Below, piece by piece: positions 36,001-45,769 of a stretch of DNA of 64,000 bases. A program made the translations under genes and the position numbers. The DNA comes from Amphiscolops sp. MND2022 (Eukaryota). The notes under the pieces were generated by a model. It worked only from the letters and a program-made list of their open reading frames with translations, was not told where the DNA came from and did not search any database. Every line of letters starts with the position of its first letter. Position 1 is the first letter of the stretch. The DNA lies in contig OZ076419.1 in the NCBI GenBank assembly GCA_964187785.1, forward strand, positions 9,362,001 to 9,426,000, given 5' to 3'.

Positions 36001-38139
36001 ATGAAAATCCGAGAAGATGTACAAACGTTGCCAATAGAAATAAACGTCCAATCAGCAGGAGTCTCACAGGAAGAGCATATCTTCTACACCAACGACGACG
36101 ATGAGACTGAAGAACAATATTGGGCGAGAAAAGAAGCAATCAGGAAAAATCCTGTAATCGAAGACCCTACAGTTACAATACAAACTCTTTCCACTAATTT
36201 AGCCAAACAACAACCTGAAATACAAGTCCGATTGAGGAAAACAAACCAGATAATTATTAAGCAATCCAAGGATGCAGTATTACAACACTTGAAGGCGAAA
36301 CTCCTTCATGAAGACTACTCAGAAAACATACTGCAACAGGACGCTCGGTACAGGCATTATGCTAACAATCTGGAACGAATTGTCATCAAAGAAGACATCC
36401 TCACAAGGCAATATTTTGATGAAAAAGGGAATTTAAAGTACCACCAAATCCTTCTCCCGCAACATTTGCTGCAGGAATTACTCCAGTCCTTACACGGGAC
36501 AGCTCACAACCATCCGGGTATTTCAAAAATGCTGCAGGAGATCAGACAGAGGTATTACTACCCTAACATGGCGAAATATGTTAAAAAGTGGGTAGAAGGG
36601 TTCGAACAATGCGCAAAGGACAAACGAGTCCCAAATGCAACAATCACGCCCGAGCTACTTAACTTGCCGGAATGGGACCTTGGACCCGAAGACGCAATGC
36701 AAATTGACTTATTGCCGAACCTTCCCCCAAGTGGAGGATATGAAAATGTATTAACCGCGATTGATGTCTTTTCTCGATATTTGTTTGCATATCCGCTCAC
36801 AGATGCATCAGCGATCAATGTAGCCAAAGCACTCATTGATATTATGACCAAACATTCCTACTTACCGACGACGCTCATTACGGACAAAGGAACTGCCTTC
36901 ACTTCCACGATTATTGCAAAAATTACCCAAGTTTTAGGAATTACCCTAAAATGTGCAACGACAAAGCACCCGCAAACTATCGGGAAATTGGAGCGCACAC
37001 ATGCCTCATTGAAAACAAACTTGAAAATGGCATGTGGGGAATATCGCCGACAATGGCACAAATACTTGCCATTAGCAGTTCTGAACCACAATACTAGTTA
37101 TCATGCCAGTATCGGATGTGAACCGACAAGAGTGTTCCATGGAAGAAGCCCATACAACATCTTGGATCACAAGCTTGGAACAAATCCAAACGAGCAAATC
37201 CATCCGACTACTGAATTCGCAGAAGAAATCCAAAATCGGACAAAGCTCCTTATCGACAAGACGAAGCAAAACATCATGCAGTCATATATCAAATATAAGG
37301 AGTATTACGATCGAAAAGCCAAAGCCGCCCCACTCAAGGAGGGCGATTACTGTTTTGTATTACAGCCAAAAGCGGATCACCAAGGATCCAAAATTCCCTT
37401 CAGAGATTATCGATGGGTTGGACCATTCATAGTCCAGAAAGCTTTACCTAATGAGAACTACATCGTCCGCAGACTTAATACGAATAAAACGCAGATCTTG
37501 CATCGAATTCGTCTCAAAAAGTTCGTTCCTAATCAGCCGCTCGAGGACAATTTTCGAGAAGAGAGATTGCAGCCGGACGAAGACATAATCATTCCACAGG
37601 ACGACTTATACGTAATAACGTGGGACACAAATTTTGGCGAACAGCTAGCTACACGAGGCAGCGAGCCGATTCCGGCTAGCTTGACGAATGGCGAACGGCC
37701 GAACACGGCACAAGCGAATACAAGTGATGCAAGCGAGAATGAAAGTGATTACATAATCACGACTGATTGTCCGAATGACGTCAACGACGCACCACGCAGT
37801 AGAAATGAAGAAATGGAAAATGACGTCAGCAATGCTAATGAAGCTAATGAAGCAAATGAAAATGAAAACCCTGATTGGCCAAATCCGGCCGTTCCCCCAA
37901 AGAATCAAGAAAAATCTCTGCCGAATACGGCTGAAGGATTGAAAAATGACAAAAACTTTCCAGAAAGAAATTCGATCAATGAAAGCGATGCACAAAAGTC
38001 TCCAAAAAGGGGGGACGATATTATCGTGCCCGAAATATCAGAAAATGATGCTAGAAATGAAAGTCTGAGCCCTAGAGGAGGGAAATATAATCTCAGGCCC
38101 AATCCTAATCCAAACTATTCAGAAGACTTCAGATACTAA
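33034..38139 (+). CDS. pol: pol polyprotein (1701 aa from the first ATG; true start is the frameshift at 32932): protease, dUTPase-like insert, RT, RNase H, integrase
   Basis: LIDTGA (33619); YVDD (35140); LMTDAS RNase H; integrase H-x-H..C (one Cys replaced by Phe, EGFEQC); core QIDLL..AIDVFSRY..TDKGTAF..LER; GPF motif RWVGPFIV. Confidence 0.97.
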   Translation: MGYPSVVWQQQMEKATIITYNNTHLFQKPIPVWDPDYTSAFNSRFRPIPLVDDYNPTYIDPDYGRDPYWDTELYNQDLLQFQYVIDDIELYNKLAHENPPITHNKKTRALIETWQMNDGTSHPVFPNPLGTETTENMEETVPQSLLDESQFQNVLITRDGEPDCIPLSTNINLKCKKRMLYFPMDFGELTIDGLIDTGALSSAIPEMDLRKIRLLSPQSVIREGPPPNFQIMVANGQLETPKSTIELKFEVGDIEFHEIFIVMEHLTGPIIGLMFPQRNHTVLDMRQGILNFPFFSMQLKTADHKYSNVLEPILNPTEITIPPNDRVLIRTNSFLYPENTVTGILQPSDLLHEEGDITFCPALVTLNDGNILIPVNNFTDHPYKLKKGLHIASFSVMTPEQMKYVKPVDPASTWHLLQNDQEQAAHYVSSLIKMNKNSQNSENYWFPTPENPGNPEEHTPIQKRILRELQALQDLESLDPTKDEESRGKFLGNFDWKDSTLILEEKAKIEEMLVEFHDIFARHRFDIGMNEEFKVKLTPKDDSPAYSQSLPAPINLKEDILVELAMLHKYGIITTLPFSKYASPIFAQKKPNGKLRLLVDLRKINNLISDDYINNNHPVSTLVDAAQHLAGKKLFCKLDCSQAYHCLPMADQRSIEMLAFNFASRTFAYRRLAQGLSRALSAFSSFMREYLDKVIKADQCAQYVDDIGIAANDADHLIANLRATFKCIQEAGLKLTMHKCHFGATEIDFLGRTITPQGVKPQRQNVQNFLEKTKFPKSKKVLQRYLGFLNYYRNYVPRLSERLAPFYKMLKSDEKVLVSRELVQQFEEINRALDKCCDLALQQPIPNKQIALMTDASFGAAGYAVLIEDDPSQKFTSIRKSYAPVAYGSKTFTPAQIKMSIYAKEFLAIYFAFKEFGHIFWGAPKPVIILTDNKAVTRFFQTKVVPPALWNACDYVIQVNFVIAHIPGAQNTAADYLSRLEADPKDKLVMKIREDVQTLPIEINVQSAGVSQEEHIFYTNDDDETEEQYWARKEAIRKNPVIEDPTVTIQTLSTNLAKQQPEIQVRLRKTNQIIIKQSKDAVLQHLKAKLLHEDYSENILQQDARYRHYANNLERIVIKEDILTRQYFDEKGNLKYHQILLPQHLLQELLQSLHGTAHNHPGISKMLQEIRQRYYYPNMAKYVKKWVEGFEQCAKDKRVPNATITPELLNLPEWDLGPEDAMQIDLLPNLPPSGGYENVLTAIDVFSRYLFAYPLTDASAINVAKALIDIMTKHSYLPTTLITDKGTAFTSTIIAKITQVLGITLKCATTKHPQTIGKLERTHASLKTNLKMACGEYRRQWHKYLPLAVLNHNTSYHASIGCEPTRVFHGRSPYNILDHKLGTNPNEQIHPTTEFAEEIQNRTKLLIDKTKQNIMQSYIKYKEYYDRKAKAAPLKEGDYCFVLQPKADHQGSKIPFRDYRWVGPFIVQKALPNENYIVRRLNTNKTQILHRIRLKKFVPNQPLEDNFREERLQPDEDIIIPQDDLYVITWDTNFGEQLATRGSEPIPASLTNGERPNTAQANTSDASENESDYIITTDCPNDVNDAPRSRNEEMENDVSNANEANEANENENPDWPNPAVPPKNQEKSLPNTAEGLKNDKNFPERNSINESDAQKSPKRGDDIIVPEISENDARNESLSPRGGKYNLRPNPNPNYSEDFRY

Positions 38140-38366
38140 GAATTGAATTTTCCCGGAAATGGGAATTCTTTTCTTTTAGCTTTGTTTTTCCAAGCCCCTC
38201 TGAGAACTTCTTTTGATTAAATACTGGGGCATTCCAAAGGATCCCTAATAAAGAATAAATATGGGATCAAATCATCAAGAAAACAAAGTAGAAATATAAA
38301 TACGGCAATAAAACAGAAGAAATTAACAAGTTTACAACATGGAAGTACATAAATACATATGTACAT

Positions 38367-41300
38367 TTACTCATTAGAACTTGATTGGGATCGTCTACCC
38401 GCTGTTGGAGAACTGGAAAATCCAACAAGGCTGCTGCTCTATGAGCTGCTCTATCAAATGATCTATGAGCCCTAAAAACTCATCTCGATAAATGAACTCA
38501 GCATCAACGGTTACCCAAGAACGAAGCTGGAATGTATTGTAGAGCAACTCGAAGTGACGTAAAGCAGAAGCAGGTGGTTGTTTGAATAACACAACAGGAT
38601 CGAAAGCAGCAAGTCCTTTGATGATGTGGGTGTTGAGCCCAGAATGCTTGTGTAATCCATCCAAAAGGTGGCCTATATACTTGAGTCCGTCTGTGATGAA
38701 CTCCTTCTGAAGTTCTTTGGCAGTCTTTTGAATAGCAGCCGCTTCGCTCTTCTTGCCCGAATGCAACCCCTCTGCCCTCTGTTTGCAAACGTGAGGAACT
38801 TTACTGGACAATCTGAGCCTGGTAAGGAAGTCGTCTCCGTCCATAAGGGTCCCGTCTGCTGATTTGAAAGAGAGCAAATCGAACCAAGAACCTTCGGCAG
38901 AGATTGTGTCCGCAGTGAATGCTCGAGAACAAATCCGATGTATGAAGCGGCTGGTCTCTCCACATACATAGAATGAGGCATCGCGGCGTTGGGCCAAGTT
39001 GACAGAGAACTGGATACGTCTACAAATACAAAACCATGCCCAAAATGGGATACTACCTCAACTTCTACACCTGACAATAGGTATACTAACAATCGTTGAC
39101 CAGCTTGGAGAAGAAATCCAACTTGATGGTGAGAAACTCATCACAAATGAGTGACCACTCGAAACTTTGCACCTGCAACAAAGAAATCAACTCAATGGGC
39201 ATTTGGTTGTCAGACCAAAGATGATCCACTACGGGGATTTAGGGATACTGTACATAGTGGTGCTACATGACAATTAAAGCGACGCAATTACTTACTCTAC
39301 CCCTCACGCCTTGTCCTTGTTGTCGAGGTGCATGTATTGTCAAAGACCTCTGTACAGCCTTCCATTCACGAATTAGTTCCAGACAGAGGACTGGCAAAGT
39401 CAATAGGTTCAACTTGCAGGTTCGTATACCCTAAACAAGACCTATGGTGTACTTACTATATCAATATCACTGATCCATAGCCCTCCACAACCTGAACCCG
39501 ATCAATACCCTACAGAAACCCGGATCATGCCTGTTCAGGGAAGAAAGAAATCACTTACATAGGATAATTCGGGACTCCGCATCGCCCATTCCTCCCTGAG
39601 AGAGCCTCCTAGAGAGATGACAAGCCCCCTTAACACTGAAAAGAAATCAATGTGTCCGAAGATAGAGCGACTGGACTTATGCATCAGAGTCTCTAAGGAA
39701 AATTGGCTGAATTGGAAACAGGACTGGACTCCCTTTGAGAAGTATTCCGATTGATCAACCACACGGATAAAATCGGCGGGACACCCAGAACTGGCGACTA
39801 TGTCCACTTTAGGCGAAATTGAGGACAACAACCGAGCCAGGGATCCCAATTCCCCGTTTAGATTTGGAGAAGGTAGCCCACTCCGACAGATGAAGACCCT
39901 GCATAAGGTGTTTTCCTTCCAAAACCGGACTGACATGAAGCGATAACTGCCCACGTCCTCGAACTCGAGCCCAAGGCATTGCTCCTTCGTGATGTGATTG
40001 GCTATGTCACCCAGAGCGCAGTTGAAGAAGTGTTGGAAAATGACCTGAAAAGGACATAAGGGAAATCAACTCCTGGATGTGACATAACCGCCTAAAACGG
40101 CAGCTTAACGATATGATACTTACAGAGAATCGCTCTGCACTCCAGTCAAAGTCACATAGTGCAGCCTGAAAGTCCGTGTATGAACTGACCCTCGTCCATA
40201 GATTCCGGAGAAGATCGCGAATCAGGCGTGACCAAGGGATCAGTTCTGCCTTTGATGAAGTCGTCATAAAAGGGGAATCGCTCCCCTATGTCAACTAATT
40301 CAGCATGTATGAAGCAAGGCATTTCTTTGGCCAACTCGAGCCTGTTCATGATTCGACCGTCTCGCCCTCTGACCCTATGTTGAACTTTCCCTGTGACTGG
40401 GTCTACGCTTTTCAAGTATTCATAGCGCCAGCGCTGGTCCTTGCGCAGATGTTTCTCAGTTCGGTGGTGACGAAGAATTTCCCCCGGGCCTTTGGAACGT
40501 ATGGAGAATTTCTTTTTACATATATGGCACCATACCATATGTGAATTGTGTAGCGGGTCTGCAGGTCCTGAGATAAAAGACCGGGTCCACCCAATTGTTG
40601 AGAAAAACTCTTCTCTCATTGGCACTCCTCGTCTCTTCACCCTTTTCTTCTTCTGAGGTTGTTTCTTCTTAGAGCCTGTATGGGTCTTTTCAGCAATGGC
40701 GTGATCCCTTACTTGCGACAAAGTTTCATCGAGACAATTGGCATCACTGGTATCAGGATTTTCCAGAGATCGACTAGAAGGCCCCGGTACTTCACTCGGA
40801 TCCTTAAGCATGGAAGTTCCTGCTCTGGCAAAGTTTTGCTCAATTAAAGCTAACTCCCCTGCACTGTCCGATTCCTCATGAAAGGACGTGTCACCTGATT
40901 CGGTTCCTCCACTCATTTCTGCGTCAGTCTGAGAATCATAGCGGACTGGGGTAGTGCACCCTTCGGAGCCACTATCTCCACTACTTGAAGGATAAGGCGT
41001 TTGTGCGCGCCTGAAAGTTTTGAATTGATCAGTCCGTGACTTGGACGTCGCTGGGGCTCCTTTCACTGCCGATACAACCATATGCTCCATCGTGTTATAA
41101 GACAAACTCACAGTCTCATTGGTGAGCACCCTAAGGAGGTGGTACAGCTGCGGTTCAGTAAGTGTTATTACGGGGTGACCCTGCGGCAAAGTAATGGGCT
41201 TGGCTTCTCCAAAATACTGTTTGAAAGTGGCTCTACTCCTTCCAGACAGGTTATGTAACTTGGGACCAGTGACCCCAAGCTGGGAGGAGGAAGTCCCAGG

Positions 41301-42182
41301 GACCTGTGGGTCCTGGATGCCAAAATCGGATTCCTGCGTCTCTTCTGCAACTGAGTCCATGCTTCTCAATGTGTCCCGGTAACCATACAAATCTATCTGT
41401 TGATCACTACTCTCGTTCAACTGGTCCAACTCACCATAGTCAGAGACGTATGTTGTCGCTGTGACTGTTCCAGGCAACGGGGGGGCATCGTGGACAGAGG
41501 AACTGTTGTCTTCGTCTTGCTGGAGGAATGACACCTTACTTGTCTCATTGGGAACTCCTTCAACAGGCAGCAATTCCGGCAAGGTTGCATCAGGAGGCCC
41601 AGCAATCTCAAGCCCTGATTCCAATTGAGACAAACTAACTGTGGGGACTGTGCAACTGGCGTGGGGTATTGGAGTGCTAGACCGGGTGATTGGCATGTCT
41701 GCAGACAACTCAGTGCCGTGGGAGGCCTTCACTGCGCCCTCTCGCCTAACTTCTACTTTTTCTTCCACTATCTCGTTAGACAACTGCGTTTTCTGCATAT
41801 GTTCGACCATCTCGTCTGCATACGCCGTAACGTCAATGTTACTGTCTACGCTATGTGGGGAGATGACCTCAGCAACTTGATCCTGGCCCGAACGTTCAGA
41901 TGATTGGGAATTGGAATTGAGTCCTTGAGACTCAACTGATGGACCTACTAGTGGGGGTAGGATCCTGGTAATCTGGGAAGAAGAAACCAATGGAGGAAAT
42001 GGAGGGGGAGAAGGAACCAAGTTTCGAGTTGTACCCGGAACGGGAACGGAATACATGGATGAAATAACTTCGGTGGGATTGGCGGAAGCAGGGTTGGTTG
42101 GTGTATGAGAATCATCTAAATTCTGGCGATCTAAACACAAAGAGATGAAATTTGGCGGTATGCTTCCTCGATAGAAATCCAT
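38367..42182 (-). pseudogene. Antisense spliced accessory gene of element A (disordered N-terminus, NLS, BED-like zinc finger, hAT-transposase-like body), damaged by deletions
   Basis: ORFs 40152-42242, 40007-40267, 39535-39954 and 38395-38997 are collinear and homologous with B ORFs at 52205-56349. Conserved start MDF(Y/F)xGSxPPNFI; introns at 40045-40123 and 39173-39295. Confidence 0.8.
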
Positions 42183-43253
42183 TTGCCGCGTCAGAAGACT
42201 TCCGGAAGCAGTCTTGAAAATTTGAATGAAACGTGCTATCACGTGTTCTCTGATGGAAACAGGAAGCGCTTAATGAACGAAATTTAGCCCTGATCAAGCC
42301 AAGTTAGTTCAAAATAAAAATCCAGACCAACCTGTATTCGAAGACATCCTGCTGAGATAATTGAATCCACTGAGGATCTACCCAAATTCGGATGAGAAAA
42401 TTGGGGATGATGGCCGGACTGGGACAACAGATGGGGAGGAGGCTCGGATGGCTACAGAGAATGAAGGAGAAGTCCACAACTGTTCTGGAGCCCCAGGTAG
42501 ATAAAAGGACTAGCAAAAGGTATAAGAATCGAGTATAAAGGAATTCGAATGGTAATGGTAGTACAAATGAAATAAATAAGCAATGGAAGAAATGAAAGTT
42601 AGAGATCGTGGCTGAAGGTTTACCAGACTAATTTTATTTGATTATCTACATATTTAAATCTGTACACGGAGTCTGCCAGCGAAATATACAGGGCGTATCT
42701 CGCTATTTACAACCTTGTTACAATTAGTGGCCGATTATGGCCGTTTACCCCAACTTATGTTGCCGTTTTGTTCAGTTTTCCTAGTTACCTTAGTTAGATT
42801 TTCGCCATTTTAGTTATTCAAACTTATTATTTTCCGCCATCTTTATTATTCATTTTTCCAAATTTATCGAAGCTCAAATTTGATTGGCTGAAGCCATTTC
42901 AGTGAGTTTCATCCGACAAGTGCCGTTAATTGCTATCAAGCTTGATGTTGATTACCCACTTGAAGTGGAATTATTTGTTGTTGTCAACTTAACACCTCTT
43001 CGCATACTCACTTGAGAGAGTGAGAAAGGGGGTTCCATTCCGAATTTCAAAGGACAAATAAGCCGCTGAGATATTCCATTCTAGAAAGTTTACGACGGAT
43101 CAGGGCGATTGACCATGGTCTCTCCCGCCGAAATGGAACTCCGGGAAAATAGCCTGAATTGGCCTGAAGAAAATTTTGACAAATTCATTCAACTTTGAAT
43201 CCTGCAAGCAACAAGTCGCTCTGCGAATCAACAAAATTGCAAAAAAGATAATA

Positions 43254-44045
43254 ATGGCTAAATTTAACTTAGCAAGAAAGCTTTTCGACTTAGAAGAATC
43301 GGACTCAGAAGCCTCCGTAAATTCAGTCATCTACCTATCGAGTGACGAGGAGGAAGACACCTCATCTACCTCATGGGATTCCGATTGGTCCACGGACACC
43401 GAGGCTATCATAGAGAGAATCGAGAGGGAAGTTAAGTCAAGCCCAATTTTGATCGCAGGTCGCAAGATGACTGTGGAGGGGCAGGCTACAGAATCAGCAG
43501 CTGGACCAAGTAATCTTCAAATGCGGCCGCCTTCGATTCCGAAATTGGGATTCAAACACTTTGACGAGAAACTCCTGTATGCGCCGATGAGGAAGGCAGA
43601 AAGAACCCGGATAGAACTTTGCAACACAATTCTACCAGTGTTGGAATCGCCGTTGTCTCCGCCCGAACATGAGAGAGGGCCGTCCCAAGACGTGCTCATG
43701 GAACAGCCAGTTAGCACCAGCTTCCACGCATCTTACCACATCCAACAAGTACAGCCGTATTCGGATCTTAGTAAACAGTTGGGCCGTGGATGTATGGTCT
43801 GTGGAAGATCAGTGGACGAAATTAAACAAGAGAAGGTGAATTGGTACATGAGCAGATCTACAACGCGCAGTGAACCGGCATACATAACGGACTTGAGGAG
43901 AGAGGCCTACGAAAATGGTCTACATGCCGGAAGTCTTCTTTTCCTAGCACCCGCAGTGTCGCAGGCTGCCGCTTGCGATGGGACACGAATCAATACGACT
44001 ACCAACGAGCAAGAAGCCGTACCAGGCACTTTACCCACATTTTAG
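43254..44045 (+). CDS. ORF3 of element A (~263 aa, unknown function), last ~29 codons inside U3
   Basis: Intact frame with a homologue intact in B (50348-51133). Acidic VIYLSSDEEED and WDSDWSTDTE blocks, plus FHASYHI..CMVC. Confidence 0.8.
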   Translation: MAKFNLARKLFDLEESDSEASVNSVIYLSSDEEEDTSSTSWDSDWSTDTEAIIERIEREVKSSPILIAGRKMTVEGQATESAAGPSNLQMRPPSIPKLGFKHFDEKLLYAPMRKAERTRIELCNTILPVLESPLSPPEHERGPSQDVLMEQPVSTSFHASYHIQQVQPYSDLSKQLGRGCMVCGRSVDEIKQEKVNWYMSRSTTRSEPAYITDLRREAYENGLHAGSLLFLAPAVSQAAACDGTRINTTTNEQEAVPGTLPTF

Positions 44046-45716
44046 GAGAATTATTCAAAACTTTCAGTAAAACTCACTGTTGTTTTATTACATTCATTAT
44101 GTATTCGGATTATGGTTTTATACCGCAAAATGAATATTAGTCTGATTAATACCCGTGTTAGAATTCAAACGGTGATGATTATGTTTATATGATGAATTGT
44201 TTAGCAGTGACGTAATGTAATAAAGGCAAGTGTAAAGCTTAACGGAAACGAGTTCAAGTGAACAAAACTCCAATTCCGGAGACGTCACTTGAGCTCATTC
44301 CGTCAGCCAATCAGAACGCTCTATCCTGCTGTGCATTATACTGTCATATTTGTTTGGCCGCATACGGCCACTTGACGCTATACCTTATTTTGTAAGCGGA
44401 CCAAAGGTAAATGGCCGGATTAGGCCATTCCAACTATTAGCTTATGTAATTGTTTAATTTGAGTATGCATGTTATTTAAAGTCATGTAGGATTGTATTTG
44501 TATTTAGAAGGCGCTAATGGGGCTATTTAAACCCAATTGATGTAGTTGTGACCACCAGTCATGAAACTCTAAATACTAGTCCAGTGGACTAAACCGGTCA
44601 CTTTAATTGGCTGGTACCTTTGTCAAATGGCCGAATTGGGCCACGCTCACCTTTTATTAGTGCATATAATTAGAGTTGCTACCTGATGAATTAGCCTGCG
44701 TGTGCAGGCACGTGCCTTAGATACCTCACATACCTGTTGACACAAATATTACTTTGAAGTGTCTGAACATGTATTTGCCTTGATGTTAATTGTTACGGGA
44801 ATGCGGACTAAACCGTCCCCCGTACTTTGAAGCTATCATGAGTATGTAATTGAGTACATTCTTCAGGAATTCTTCCGACCCTAAATTCCTGAATCACTTT
44901 GATGCAATAGCTATTTTTCAATCCTCGTAAAATCTCATGATCCTTTAAAATATGTAAACATTTCAATAATATGTGGAAAATGTGAGTGTCATGCCTCAGG
45001 AGGTATATATATATACACCCCCCTCCTGAGGGGACACAATTTGCTTTCTTTTCATAACGTTCAGTTCATTAATATTACCAGTTTTCCGAACTAATTCAAT
45101 ATTAACCTCGGACTTTCTTTCTAAATGCCTACTACTAGGAAACAGAAGAAAGCAAGGAAATCTAGAGAAGCAGAAATGCTATCAGACATTGAGAATTTGG
45201 ATATTATGCTCGGAGGAAACCACTTTGATAGAAATGAGAGAAGTGAAAGTGTGAATAGTAATCAGGCCGGTAGGCCAGAAAGCTTATTTGGAGATGAATT
45301 TGGAGATGAGAATGAGAATGAGTTCCCAAACCCGGGAAATAATGGACCTAGCCCAAATACCGAATTAGGCCAAAATTCAATCAGAGAGAGTTCAAGTGTT
45401 GAGATCAATAGACTGTCGAGTGAGTTAAATTCCCGTATATCTCGAGAGATGGATGAAATGATGAATAGCGTCAGTGTTCAGATTCAAAGGGCCATAAATG
45501 AGGCAATCAGTAGTCAAATTTTGCCTCAAATCCAAAATGCAGTTATGGCCGGGTCGGGACAGTTGACCAAAGAGAGATGGAACGTTCCGGCTGAGAGACC
45601 AGAAGGATATTCCGAAGTGCTGCAAAACTTAGAACCTAGGAACAATTCTAAGAGTAAGCAGGCCAATGACCGTCTCAAAGACGGATTCACAAGCACGAAT
45701 TCTCGTGCTTACGACA
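43957..45716 (+). repeat. 3' LTR of element A (1760 bp), including a 204-aa gag-N-terminus ORF (45125-45739) that runs into the flank
   Basis: Starts TGTCGCAGGCTGCC and ends ACGACA, followed by TSD CTGAT. Confidence 0.95.
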
Positions 45717-45769
45717 CTGATATAGATACAGACTTCTAATTCAGGTGTTATTCAAAAAAGACACAAAAT

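Larger units (their letters stand above)
30049..45716 (+). mobile_element. Full-length 15,668-bp Ty3/Gypsy LTR retrotransposon with accessory genes (element A)
   Basis: TGTCG...CGACA termini; TSD CTGAT (30044-30048 and 45717-45721); paired LTRs; PBS; gag; pol in PR-RT-RH-IN order. Confidence 0.97.

Noticed and set aside
43176-44045. ORF3 or the antisense gene as an envelope protein
   Set aside because: No signal peptide, furin site or transmembrane anchor in either.
45125-45739. Independent host genes at 45125-45739 and 48680-49297
   Set aside because: These are LTR copies of the gag 5' end that terminate a few codons into flanking DNA.
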